A program made the position numbers and the translations under genes. A model generated the notes under the pieces. The model was given only the letters and a program-made list of their open reading frames with translations. It did no database searches and was not told the DNA's origin. Positions 35,696-44,805 of a stretch of DNA of 64,000 nucleotides are shown here, one piece after another. Origin of the DNA: a virus; the IMG/VR virus record IMGVR_UViG_3300050821_005343, positions 1 through 64,000 of that record, one strand, 5' to 3'. How positions within the stretch are numbered: position 1 is the stretch's first letter; the number at the start of each line of letters is the position of its first letter.

Positions 35696-37150
35696 CTACT
35701 TGGCGGTCATCAGAAGGGCGAGTGCGCGGCCGAACGGCTCGCGCTCTTTGTGGATGTTGAATCTCTTGAGTATTTCAGCCATGAATTCTTCCCGCGGAAA
35801 GCCGGGGTGGCCGACGAACGGCGGGTAAAAATCAGTCGCAATGGCGAACCGCGCTCCCGGTCGCCCGTATGCCAGCATGTTGTCTAGGATTGAGCGCCAG
35901 CCGATTGCGTGGTCAATGGCGTTCCAGCAGATGACGGTATCGGCCCGCAGATTGGGAATGAGCTGCTCGGCTGGCTGGGAGTAAACCGTCACGCCTTCCC
36001 AATATTCCGTAGGGACGATTCCCTGATAGGCTAAGGCTAGCGGCTCGATAACCGCGCACGGGGCAAAGGGTGGACGCGGGCCGCAACCGATATCTAGGAT
36101 GTCGCCAGTCGGCTCAATGAACTCCTTGACTTCGTTCCACTGGATGGTGAACCCAGGATCAGCAAGGTGTCCCGTAGGAACGTGCTCTTTCCACCAATCT
36201 AGTTCGAACGGCTGATGGATTTGATGCCACGCATCCATCGTGCGGAGATTGTCGGTCATGGTAGCCTTGTCGTCGACCCAGGTTTGGTGATTTCCCGGCG
36301 CCAGCGAATAGCGCGTGGCGCGGGTGCATGATTTACAGATACTCGTGCCAGCGTTGCCGCATTTACGGTTCTCTGCTTGAAGCGACCGCATGACGTGGGA
36401 GTCGAACAGGCTCCAGTAGTCGCCCGTTAGCAGGTTGCCGATTACGTGCTTCATGGAATAGTCCATGCAGCACAGCACAACGTCGCCAGATGGGAGGACT
36501 ACGTTCTGGTCGTAGAATGGCGTATAACTGCAGGATACAGGCGTGTCGTATTGGGGCGTAGCCTCGATGGGCTGCTCGCCAATTTGTGCGGTGTCAAGGC
36601 TACCGGCCCGCGTTAGGCCGACCCACCCGGCTAGTTCTCCGACAGCCGCCTTCAAGCGGTCGTGGACCTCTCCGCCCTTGTCCATCGTCATGGCTTGGAA
36701 ATAGACGCGCTCGGTTTCTCCGAATTGCAGGAACTTCTTGAGGACTTTCCCGTATTCAGCTTTGTACCGCCAGCCGCGCATATTCCCCTTACTGTCGGGG
36801 AGGTGGAGGCAAAGAACCTCGACCTGATGCGCGTGCTTGTCTAAGAGCGCGATTATGCGCTCGGCGTCAGGGACCGTGATTCCGTAGAGGGTCGTATAGA
36901 CCGCAACGCGATAACCGCTTTCCAGGGCGTGCTGGAGCATGTCCGTGCAGTCGTCGTTGCTCCACGGTTCGGCCATGCCGCTAAAGTCGATGCGGACGTA
37001 GGTAGGAACTTTGGATAGGATGACCTTGAAATTATCCAGACTCATATATTTGTCTGGGTCTTTACCGTAGGTGGTTCGTAGCGCGTCCTGTGGGCAGAAG
37101 GTGCATTTTAATGGACAGCCGACCATCGTGGTAATTTCGAGGGATGGCAA
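35696..37150 (-). CDS. Radical SAM/SPASM protein fused to a class I SAM methyltransferase
   Basis: CPLKCTFC, G..EP, C...G.V..CC.D...IGNL...C..C, then ILDIGCG. Confidence 0.9.
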   Translation of the reverse strand: MPSLEITTMVGCPLKCTFCPQDALRTTYGKDPDKYMSLDNFKVILSKVPTYVRIDFSGMAEPWSNDDCTDMLQHALESGYRVAVYTTLYGITVPDAERIIALLDKHAHQVEVLCLHLPDSKGNMRGWRYKAEYGKVLKKFLQFGETERVYFQAMTMDKGGEVHDRLKAAVGELAGWVGLTRAGSLDTAQIGEQPIEATPQYDTPVSCSYTPFYDQNVVLPSGDVVLCCMDYSMKHVIGNLLTGDYWSLFDSHVMRSLQAENRKCGNAGTSICKSCTRATRYSLAPGNHQTWVDDKATMTDNLRTMDAWHQIHQPFELDWWKEHVPTGHLADPGFTIQWNEVKEFIEPTGDILDIGCGPRPPFAPCAVIEPLALAYQGIVPTEYWEGVTVYSQPAEQLIPNLRADTVICWNAIDHAIGWRSILDNMLAYGRPGARFAIATDFYPPFVGHPGFPREEFMAEILKRFNIHKEREPFGRALALLMTAK

Positions 37151-37170
37151 ATTATGGCTCCAGGCGCAAC

Positions 37171-37223
37171 TTTTAGCTTGACATGAATCGCATTAGTGCT
37201 ATTGTGGGGGTGTTGAAACGGAG
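37171..37223 (+). promoter_or_regulatory. Moron promoter cassette, copy 1
   Basis: TTTTAGCTTGACATGAATCGCATTAGTGCTTATTGTGGGGTGTTGAAACGGAG; near-identical to 43857-43910. Confidence 0.75.
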
Positions 37224-37230
37224 CAAGCAG

Positions 37231-37401
37231 ATGAAAACAGGCTGGAGACTACAGGCTAAGGACGGCGTACCGCACTTTCGCCTTATGACTAACGGCTGGC
37301 TATTGCGGCCGCTCGTAAGGGCTAATTGCGAAAGCTACGCCTATGTCGCGCGCATAGATCGAGGTACGGTGTTGCCGCTCCGGCGGCCAGTGTTTTTTTG
37401 A
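37231..37401 (+). CDS. Small hypothetical protein (moron)
   Basis: GGAG RBS; start at MKTGWRL. Confidence 0.55.
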   Translation: MKTGWRLQAKDGVPHFRLMTNGWLLRPLVRANCESYAYVARIDRGTVLPLRRPVFF

Positions 37402-37994
37402 TGACCCCCGCCGAACTCATCTCATGGCGCAACGATAGGAGTAAGCATATGACCCTCTACACAGTCACAGCGGGCAACGCCTACTTCTGGCAGAACTTAG
37501 CCGTCAGAGCCCATTCGAAATACCAAGCTGCGGCGGCGTTCCGCGCCTATCTAGCCGCGCCTGAGCAGCGGGCCGAGGAGGAGTACGAGCAGAAGCAAGG
37601 CAAGATGCTCGTTGGCGATGACGAGCCGACAGACCGCAACCTGTACGTCTACAAGTTCGACGACGAAGACGTAGAAGAGACCGACCTGATTTCCCGTTAC
37701 ACGGGGAAGGTTGGAACTACTGTTTACGATGACCGACAGCGGCGGGAACGGTTGATGACTCCCCAACAACTAATAGACTGGCGCAAGCGCCTTGGCCTAA
37801 CCGCCAAGGCAGCCGCCGAGCAGTTAGGGCTTAGCATAAACGGCTATGCCGCTTATGAGCGGGGGTATGTAGGACGAGGATCGGCTATGAAAAAGCGCAT
37901 ACCTCGCCCCATCCCAAGGCACGTCGCGCTGGCGTGCGAACGGCTAGAACAGTTGAAGGCAACAGGAGAGATAGATGCCAATGTATCATGCTGA
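37401..37994 (+). CDS. Hypothetical domain fused to an XRE HTH regulator
   Basis: C-terminal WRKRLGLT...AAE.LG.S......YERG...IPRHVALAC; alternative starts at 37449 and 37755. Confidence 0.75.
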   Translation: MTPAELISWRNDRSKHMTLYTVTAGNAYFWQNLAVRAHSKYQAAAAFRAYLAAPEQRAEEEYEQKQGKMLVGDDEPTDRNLYVYKFDDEDVEETDLISRYTGKVGTTVYDDRQRRERLMTPQQLIDWRKRLGLTAKAAAEQLGLSINGYAAYERGYVGRGSAMKKRIPRPIPRHVALACERLEQLKATGEIDANVSC

Positions 37995-38184
37995 ACCAAA
38001 CCGCAGCGAACCAAACCGTTGGATGTGGTTTTCGGTAGAAACGCCGTCCGTATTCAAGGAACACAAGCTTCCAGCCTCTAGCGCTGATTGGTCAACTGCC
38101 GATCAGCGCAAGTTCCGAGAACTTGAAACCCTAGCCGAAAACTATAGCACGCACATCCATCGATCAGGATATCGGCGTGGCTAA
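37981..38184 (+). CDS. Small hypothetical protein (moron)
   Basis: AGGAG RBS; start could also be 37975. Confidence 0.5.
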   Translation: MYHAEPNRSEPNRWMWFSVETPSVFKEHKLPASSADWSTADQRKFRELETLAENYSTHIHRSGYRRG

Positions 38185-41100
38185 CTCCGCAGCCGCCGGC
38201 CGCCCAAACATCTCCGCCGTCCAGCCCGACATAGACCGTACAAACGGCGCTATCTCGCCCTTATATTTCTCCCAGCCGCGCCGGAACGTAACCCCGGCCG
38301 GCCACGGCTGGGCGCGGACGACGTGCTTGGCCGACGGCTCCATTGGCACCCCGCATAGGATGATGCGCTCAAAGCCAAGCTTGCGGGCGATTTTGACCGA
38401 AAACAGGCCGCTTGAGCCGGCCCAGTCCTCGACGTGGTGCGTGACGTTCGGCCCGCTGCGGTGTGCCCAGACCTGAGATGGCGCCGGATGACCGTTGGCC
38501 TCACGGCGTTTAAGCCAGTCAGCTAGTTTGGTTGGGTGTAGGCTGACGGCGATGCAAGGGCCGGCCGCTTGTGGAATCATGTCGTTGATGACGAATCGGG
38601 TTACTTCGCAGCCGACGCAAAGCGCCTCGGCTTCGGCCAGCTCCTCTTTGACTCTCTCGGAGCCGCCGACCACGAGGGCGATCTTGCGGGTGGTGGGCGC
38701 GACCGGCGCGGCAACACGCCCCGGCTTTGTCGCCTCGAAGCACATGGACTCGATGCGGTTGAACTTGTCGCCAATGACGCGCCCATGGCCCTCCACGCCG
38801 CGCAGGGCGGAATGGCGGCTGATGCCCACCTGACACTGCTCAATCGCCTCAAAGCCAGCGTAGCGCAGCAGGTTGGACATTACGCTGGCGGTCCACGCCA
38901 TCTGGTGCCCGTGAGAGAACAGGATAGCCTTAAGCGCGCCCTTTAGCGTTCCGTCACCTCCGAATTTCTTGGCAAAGTCGAAATAGGCTTGGTCCGCCAT
39001 GTTGGCGATCTGCTCAACCGATGGCACGACCACTCGCAAAACGCCACCCGGAGCCAATACGCGGAACGCCTCTTCAAAGAATCCTATGGCTTGGTGGCAT
39101 GAGACGTGCTCTATGCAGTGCTCAATGAAAATGTAATAGGCGCTATTTTCTGCCCACGGCAGCGGCTGGGTTACGTCTACGTCCGCGTCGTGATTTAGCC
39201 AGCCGGATAGCTTGTTTGTGCCGCAACCGAGATTGAGGAGGAGACCGGCTTCGACCGCCGGTAAGACCCCCTTCCCTTCTTCGGACGGACCACACGCGGT
39301 CGATACTTGGGGGACCGCAGATCCTTGGCTACCGGGTTCCTTTTTCGCTGACATCGCATCTTCAAAGAACCTATCCGTAGCCCACACGTCATTGTGGCAG
39401 TGGGTGATCCAGTCCAAGCCTAAACTCAAAACATTGTCGTGCGTAATCTGATGCTTGTCGCCCCTCACGGCTTTAATCGGCAACAGAAACACATCTGATT
39501 TGATCAAGTTCGCTATTACAATTTCAGGCGTCGGAGCGACCCGCCTAGCCTTCCAGTTGTAATTCTGAATGAATCCTGAATCCCGGACATAAGCGGTCTT
39601 GAAAACCATTAGGCCGGTTTCAATCCAACCGGCTATGTCCTTCTTCATGCCGGATACTTTGGTCGTGCAGCACTCCCGCTGCGCCTGAAGCATTTGGTCG
39701 ATGAGGCCGTCCACCGGAAGGCGCAGCAGGGAGTCGCCCTCGACGTGCGCGACGTAGGTAAATCCCTCCTCGACGGCAATCTCCAGCCCCTTGCAGAAGG
39801 CGCGGCCCCAGCCGTCTTTGCCCCCGCGGCTGAGATGTCCGACATTGTCACCAAAGTCGAAAACTCGATATTGGACCGAAGGATGCTGCTTCTTCCATGC
39901 CTCGCTGACGAGGGGCAGCGGCGAGGCGCTGTCGACCAGCAAGAGCGGAGCGCCGGGGTTAAGCGCGCTGGTTAGCTCCAGCCATTGCTCAGTGAGCGTC
40001 TGGCGAGCATCGCTGTCGACGTAGGTTGTGGCGAAGATTAGGAGCGGGGAGGTCTGGGATCGTCGCTCCCCGCCCGCACAAGAAGCAATCACAGCGCCAA
40101 GATCCCCTTGGGTGTTCGCTGCGTATCCTGTGGCACCGTGTATATGCGCGAACTCGCGCACTTTGTCAAGTGCCGATGGCATATCAATCCGCTTGTCGCA
40201 AGGATGCCGTTCTGTGTGACAGTCGCACGGATTGACTGGATCAATACCCAGCGTCGGCGTTAGGTGGGCGCCGGCCGCTTGTGTCGTGCGGAAGCTTTCC
40301 CTCCCGCCGTAGACGACAACCGAAGGCAGTCCGACCGCTTGCGCCAGGACCGGAGCAAACCCGGCATTGAAGAAACCAATGTCGGCAATCGAGAACAAAG
40401 CCGCCATCGTCTCGAAATCAAGCTCACCGCTGTGTAACTTAACGTCGGCTGGCTGTTCTTCGCCGACTATCCACTCCAGCTTCGGCTCAAGGTCAGCAAT
40501 CGAGACAACGAAATACCCAGATCTAGCCGCTGCATAGAGCGCCGCATAGGCAGCCGAATCGGGGTTTCTGCTTTCACCGTTCCACTCCCGTCGACGAACA
40601 ACCGGCCGGTAGAGCATAAGCGGCTTGCCGCCCGTGTCCCACCCGGCCCGCAGCGCCTCGGCCTTCGCGCGCCATTCGGCCGGGATCGGCAACGAGAAGT
40701 CGCCCCGCTTACCCGCTAAGCCGCACTCGGCCATCATCGTCTCGAGGATAGAGCCGTAAATATCTATTTGCTCTTTTTTGTACCAAAGCTTGACGCGCCG
40801 AGCGTCCCCCGGTTCACGCGATGGTACTTTGAATAAATGCTGCTCGCGCTCGATCGTCTTGGATTGCGCGCGTAGTCTCGTCGACTTGAATGTTAGGTGA
40901 AGTCCCTCGGCGACGAGATCATGGTAGAGCTGCCAGTGGCACGTCGATAGCCAAACCTCGTGGGTTTGCATCAGCTCGCGCACGACGGCGCGCTGGTGCA
41001 AATTGTCGCCGATTCCCCACATGCCGTCGATGACAATGGCGGGCTTGGGCGTTCCTGGCGCGACCGCAGGCAGGACGAAGGGCGGCTGGGTGTCAACCGC

Positions 41101-41256
41101 CGTCACAACCATGCCGGAAGAGCGAAGCCGGTCGGCCTCCTTATCGACTAGCTCTACACCCTCAAGGGTCTTATGCGGCTGGAGATAGCGCTGTATGCTG
41201 CTCGCGTCATAGAATATGCGCAGGCTAGGGCTGGGGTTGCGGATGTTGTAGATCAT
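38164..41256 (-). CDS. Multi-domain glycosyltransferase/methyltransferase (GT9-like, GT-A-like, class I MTase, DUF115/Maf-like)
   Basis: GIGD and PC.C....C...I (GT9); LLVDS.S and VEGD (GT-A); LNLGCG, EH.IEH, RVL.PGG (MTase); ALVVGG and SSG...GF.RIILCGV. Confidence 0.85.
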   Translation of the reverse strand: MIYNIRNPSPSLRIFYDASSIQRYLQPHKTLEGVELVDKEADRLRSSGMVVTAVDTQPPFVLPAVAPGTPKPAIVIDGMWGIGDNLHQRAVVRELMQTHEVWLSTCHWQLYHDLVAEGLHLTFKSTRLRAQSKTIEREQHLFKVPSREPGDARRVKLWYKKEQIDIYGSILETMMAECGLAGKRGDFSLPIPAEWRAKAEALRAGWDTGGKPLMLYRPVVRRREWNGESRNPDSAAYAALYAAARSGYFVVSIADLEPKLEWIVGEEQPADVKLHSGELDFETMAALFSIADIGFFNAGFAPVLAQAVGLPSVVVYGGRESFRTTQAAGAHLTPTLGIDPVNPCDCHTERHPCDKRIDMPSALDKVREFAHIHGATGYAANTQGDLGAVIASCAGGERRSQTSPLLIFATTYVDSDARQTLTEQWLELTSALNPGAPLLLVDSASPLPLVSEAWKKQHPSVQYRVFDFGDNVGHLSRGGKDGWGRAFCKGLEIAVEEGFTYVAHVEGDSLLRLPVDGLIDQMLQAQRECCTTKVSGMKKDIAGWIETGLMVFKTAYVRDSGFIQNYNWKARRVAPTPEIVIANLIKSDVFLLPIKAVRGDKHQITHDNVLSLGLDWITHCHNDVWATDRFFEDAMSAKKEPGSQGSAVPQVSTACGPSEEGKGVLPAVEAGLLLNLGCGTNKLSGWLNHDADVDVTQPLPWAENSAYYIFIEHCIEHVSCHQAIGFFEEAFRVLAPGGVLRVVVPSVEQIANMADQAYFDFAKKFGGDGTLKGALKAILFSHGHQMAWTASVMSNLLRYAGFEAIEQCQVGISRHSALRGVEGHGRVIGDKFNRIESMCFEATKPGRVAAPVAPTTRKIALVVGGSERVKEELAEAEALCVGCEVTRFVINDMIPQAAGPCIAVSLHPTKLADWLKRREANGHPAPSQVWAHRSGPNVTHHVEDWAGSSGLFSVKIARKLGFERIILCGVPMEPSAKHVVRAQPWPAGVTFRRGWEKYKGEIAPFVRSMSGWTAEMFGRPAAAELATPIS
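39195..39359 (-). CDS. Overprinted ArfA-like basic peptide (alternative frame)
   Basis: KRNPVAKDLRSPKYRPRVVRPKKGRGSYRR in the +1 frame of the GT linker. Confidence 0.55.
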   Translation of the reverse strand: MRCQRKRNPVAKDLRSPKYRPRVVRPKKGRGSYRRSKPVSSSISVAAQTSYPAG

Positions 41257-42218
41257 GGCGTCGGGTAGGTTCCAGTGTATGCATTGGAAGCAACAGGCGG
41301 GCCGCCAAACTTGTAGAATCCCGTACCTGGGGACACTGAATAGATGCCGAAATTGTAGTCCGGCGGAGGATTTGGAACAAAATAGCCAGCAGCATCAAAA
41401 GATCCGCCGGGGAACCGCGCTCCCCCTACATAGCTCACCTGAAACATTGATGGCGTAGACGGCCAGACAACAGGTGTCGAGCCCGCTGTAGATTTATCAA
41501 CATTTAGGGTTAAGGAACCACCGCGGAATAAGCCAACCCGAGAATACGTCCCGCCCTCTATTACAGCAGGATGAAAGCCAATAAAAGAATACAGTGCGTC
41601 ATCTGTGGAGGGGGTCGTATCAAGGACGGTTGCGACAAAGTGCGTCGTGGATGTTGGCCCTGGATCGTTGAGCGGGTTTTTGGGCTTGATGGGGAACCGT
41701 GGGTCATTCTCGTCAAAAAAATAAATAGACTTGGAGTATAGACTAATGCCGACAGGAGAGGGCCACGGGCCGGTGGCTGTTTGAGGTTGGCTGCGGTCCT
41801 GAGATATGCCAGTACCCACAACAAGCTGCGTATATCCATCAGGCAGCTCTGGCGCCCCCGTTCCCCACACATAATCGGTCGTATCATCAGCCTGATCAGT
41901 TAGCGAAAACTGGACCGAGGATTGCAGGGAGCTAACGTCAAAAATAAATGTTCGGATATATTCGTTTTGGGTAAGATCGTCTACCGGGACGGGGATTGTT
42001 TGCAAGTTATTCAGAAGCTCAGCCCCCGAAGGGGCGTTATTGGTTATCGTAACACTTACCGGCTTAACGGTATTGAAGAGGGCTGGGTGAGCCACTGAAT
42101 TATTATTGATGATCAAATCAGACCACTCGAATATGACCAAAAGCAGATATGCCCCCCAATTGACGTTGACGATCATCTGAAGCGGGTCAAGCCTATACGG
42201 CGGATTGATCTTCGCCAT
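41253..42218 (-). CDS. Putative tail tip/receptor-binding protein
   Basis: End of the tail operon; N-terminal PPYRLDP.Q.IVNV.W; beta-rich. Confidence 0.6.
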   Translation of the reverse strand: MAKINPPYRLDPLQMIVNVNWGAYLLLVIFEWSDLIINNNSVAHPALFNTVKPVSVTITNNAPSGAELLNNLQTIPVPVDDLTQNEYIRTFIFDVSSLQSSVQFSLTDQADDTTDYVWGTGAPELPDGYTQLVVGTGISQDRSQPQTATGPWPSPVGISLYSKSIYFFDENDPRFPIKPKNPLNDPGPTSTTHFVATVLDTTPSTDDALYSFIGFHPAVIEGGTYSRVGLFRGGSLTLNVDKSTAGSTPVVWPSTPSMFQVSYVGGARFPGGSFDAAGYFVPNPPPDYNFGIYSVSPGTGFYKFGGPPVASNAYTGTYPTP

Positions 42219-43012
42219 CAGAGATGCACCGGCGTTAAATCGTTAGTGAGGCCGCCAGTCGTGACGGTGAACGACCCGCTCCCTCCGAGCGTGTTCAGGC
42301 GGAACGTCGAAGCATTGCCTGACAGCATGACGGCCGGGTGCCCTAATGCGGCGATGGCTGTCGATGGATTGACTGGTGCACCGCTTGCGTCGATGAACAG
42401 CCTGCGTGTTTCGAGCGGGATGTCTCCGCCGCTCTCAAGAAAGGAAATCCCCGGCCAGAATGAAAAGTCCGCCATTGAACCGAAATACGGATCGCTCTGT
42501 CCATCGTTGCCAACCCAAAATGGCAATCCGTTTGCCAATGGAATGACGTCCGTGTTCGTATCTGTTGTAAAAAGATCAATGACTTGCGCGTTATTAACGT
42601 AGAGCTGAAAGAAATGGGGCGGAGCACCAGTACCTTCCACGCTCCCAATCACATGGCACCACGCTCCAGCAATAAGAGTTGGGTTGCCACCAGTGTTGTA
42701 TCCCACCTGTATCGATCCGCTCGTCTCTGCTGCGATGAAATTAAGTTGTTCTGGTGTCCCCTGAATAGCGAAGTTAGTCCTTACATGAAAATAGTTACCG
42801 CCATTGGCGGTCGGGTCAACCACGAAAGGAACGGAAAAGCTTAAATCAGATGATGTTGGCCTAAACCATCCGGCAAAGCTGACGAAGTTGTTGTCGGTGC
42901 TTGTGAGCGAAGAATTGACCAACGTCGTTGTGCCGCCGAAGGTGACGGCGTTAGCCTGATAAGTGACGCCAGAGTGTCTGCGGCGTTCGCTGGCGGTAAT
43001 GCCGGGGATCAT
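42218..43012 (-). CDS. LamG/concanavalin-like tail protein
   Basis: SF.GWF, W.HV, LYVN, F.G.MADF.FW. Confidence 0.7.
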   Translation of the reverse strand: MIPGITASERRRHSGVTYQANAVTFGGTTTLVNSSLTSTDNNFVSFAGWFRPTSSDLSFSVPFVVDPTANGGNYFHVRTNFAIQGTPEQLNFIAAETSGSIQVGYNTGGNPTLIAGAWCHVIGSVEGTGAPPHFFQLYVNNAQVIDLFTTDTNTDVIPLANGLPFWVGNDGQSDPYFGSMADFSFWPGISFLESGGDIPLETRRLFIDASGAPVNPSTAIAALGHPAVMLSGNASTFRLNTLGGSGSFTVTTGGLTNDLTPVHL

Positions 43013-43013
43013 G

Positions 43014-43835
43014 CTATGCTCCGGATGTTGGCTCTAGGAGGCCGAACAGATCCCATTCGTCGGCGGCTACTTTCTTGATCGTGCAGGTCGCGCCCTCGGC
43101 CGCCGTCTCGTCAAGGAATCCGGTTACTCCGTTCAAGACTACGGGCGATGATCCAACAAAACTGATTCCGGCTGCATTCGCCTGCCGAAAATGGATTTCA
43201 GTTCCGATTGAAAAATTGACAGACGTATCAGCAGGGATGTGTACCGTGCAGCCGCTGGAGTTGGTCAGTCGATTGTAGGTGCCCGCGTCGGTGAGTGCGG
43301 GTGTGAATGACGTCCCGGTTTTAGTCTGGACCGGAGAGCCTGCAGCGCCGGGGGGCTCCCACGCCACGTCAAAGTCAGTTCCCGAAACCTTGGTCAGCAC
43401 TTCGCCGGTAGAGCCGCCTGTCGGCAGCGCCTCGCTTGGGTTACTCAGCAACAGTCCGTAAAAGTCAGAGCCGCTGCCGTTGTTGGCTCCAGGATCGAAG
43501 GTTCCATCGCTGGTATGGCCGATGAGTACAAGGTAGGTTGATCCACCTTCAGTGATAATGTCATTGGCGCTATAGACGGTGTCGGGCGCCCAAGCGCCGC
43601 GGAACGTGAAGGTCGCAGTCGGCAGGGTGACTGCCGGAAGAAAGGTGCCGTCGGTGAGTCGGGTCTGAAGTTGGTTGTTCGAGACCACCGCCATACTGGC
43701 GACGCCAGCGCCGGTCGCTGCTTTGGCGTTGATCAGCCCAACGAGAGTGAAGAAGTTCTCGTCGATCTGCGCAGCCGCAAGGTCGCTGCCCTGGCCGCCG
43801 CCCCATGCGCCGGGGGTTCTGTAGATGACCGTCAT
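43014..43835 (-). CDS. Tail fibre-like protein with a CBM5/12-like motif
   Basis: QID.NF, FRGAW...T.Y..ND......Y.....HTS, LP.GG..G.VL.K....D.D..W, terminal W.L.G.L. Confidence 0.75.
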   Translation of the reverse strand: MTVIYRTPGAWGGGQGSDLAAAQIDENFFTLVGLINAKAATGAGVASMAVVSNNQLQTRLTDGTFLPAVTLPTATFTFRGAWAPDTVYSANDIITEGGSTYLVLIGHTSDGTFDPGANNGSGSDFYGLLLSNPSEALPTGGSTGEVLTKVSGTDFDVAWEPPGAAGSPVQTKTGTSFTPALTDAGTYNRLTNSSGCTVHIPADTSVNFSIGTEIHFRQANAAGISFVGSSPVVLNGVTGFLDETAAEGATCTIKKVAADEWDLFGLLEPTSGA

Positions 43836-43856
43836 TTAGTTTCCCGTTAATGCTAT

Positions 43857-43910
43857 TTTTAGCTTGACATGCAATCGCATTTGTGCGAGTGTGGCTTTGT
43901 TGAAACGGAG
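43857..43910 (+). promoter_or_regulatory. Moron promoter cassette, copy 2
   Basis: TTTTAGCTTGACATGCAATCGCATTTGTGCGAGTGTGGCTTTGTTGAAACGGAG. Confidence 0.7.
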
Positions 43911-43929
43911 TTGATGACGCGGGTCTAGG

Positions 43930-44133
43930 GTGAAGGAAGCTAAAGCAAGAGCTGAATTATACCGCCGCTAACGCAAAGACTTCGTTTCAACATTGACCCA
44001 GACCGAGCAGGCAGACCAAATGCGCAAGCGCGCGAAACACAATCCTGATCACAACTGGCACGTATTCGCATATTACGACCACTTATTGGCGCTTAGAGCC
44101 TCCGCCAAGGTAGTCAAATCCAAAATGACCTAG
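43930..44133 (+). pseudogene. Decayed moron ORF with one in-frame TAA
   Basis: GTG-KEAKARAELYRR*RKDFVSTLTQTEQADQMRKRAKHNPDHNWHVFAYYDHLLALRASAKVVKSKMT*. Confidence 0.4.
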
Positions 44134-44762
44134 GTCTGTTCTATGGCGTTCACTACGTCCTCGTTCTTCGGGACGTAATCGGACAATTGCCCGTTGACGG
44201 TCGGCGGGCTTGGAGGCGGTTCTGTCGCCATAGACGCATCGAAGGTCGGCACGGCTGCCCACAGCAGCTTGAAGTGGGTCGGAATCTCTGCCTGAAGAGA
44301 CTGGCTTGTGTCCTGCTGACCCGCGATCAGGACCGGATAATATTCGTCCCAATCAACCGGCTTGCTCATGTCTAGCGAGGAAACGTCAGTATTGTGGACC
44401 GTCACGACGTCGGCCTTCCGAAGGTCATTCGTGGCGCCGTTCTTAAAGGCGTAGTTGGTAGCCTGCCCGTTAACTGAACTCGTCAACTTCATCTTCTCAA
44501 TGATGTCGATATCAATGCTCTGCGTGCTGTCGTCGGGATTGGTGACGGTTAGCTTCGATGTTTTGCGTTGGGTGTTCGGGCCGTTGTCGCCTTTCCAACC
44601 ATCGGCCCATTTAAGGACGTGGTTGGTGTCTTGGCCGCCTGTACGGAAGTCTAAATCTGCATTGTCGATGCGCAGCACGTCCACCCAGACATCGCTGGTC
44701 GGGTCGTTGTTCTGGTAGATTCTGATTACGTGCGCCTTGCGGATTTGGTTGAGGAGGGGCAT
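44130..44762 (-). CDS. Minor tail protein
   Basis: Within the tail operon; start at MPLLNQ. Confidence 0.65.
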   Translation of the reverse strand: MPLLNQIRKAHVIRIYQNNDPTSDVWVDVLRIDNADLDFRTGGQDTNHVLKWADGWKGDNGPNTQRKTSKLTVTNPDDSTQSIDIDIIEKMKLTSSVNGQATNYAFKNGATNDLRKADVVTVHNTDVSSLDMSKPVDWDEYYPVLIAGQQDTSQSLQAEIPTHFKLLWAAVPTFDASMATEPPPSPPTVNGQLSDYVPKNEDVVNAIEQT

Positions 44763-44805
44763 AATCCGCCTTGACATTGATCTAAAAGTTGCGTACCAAG
44801 CCTCG

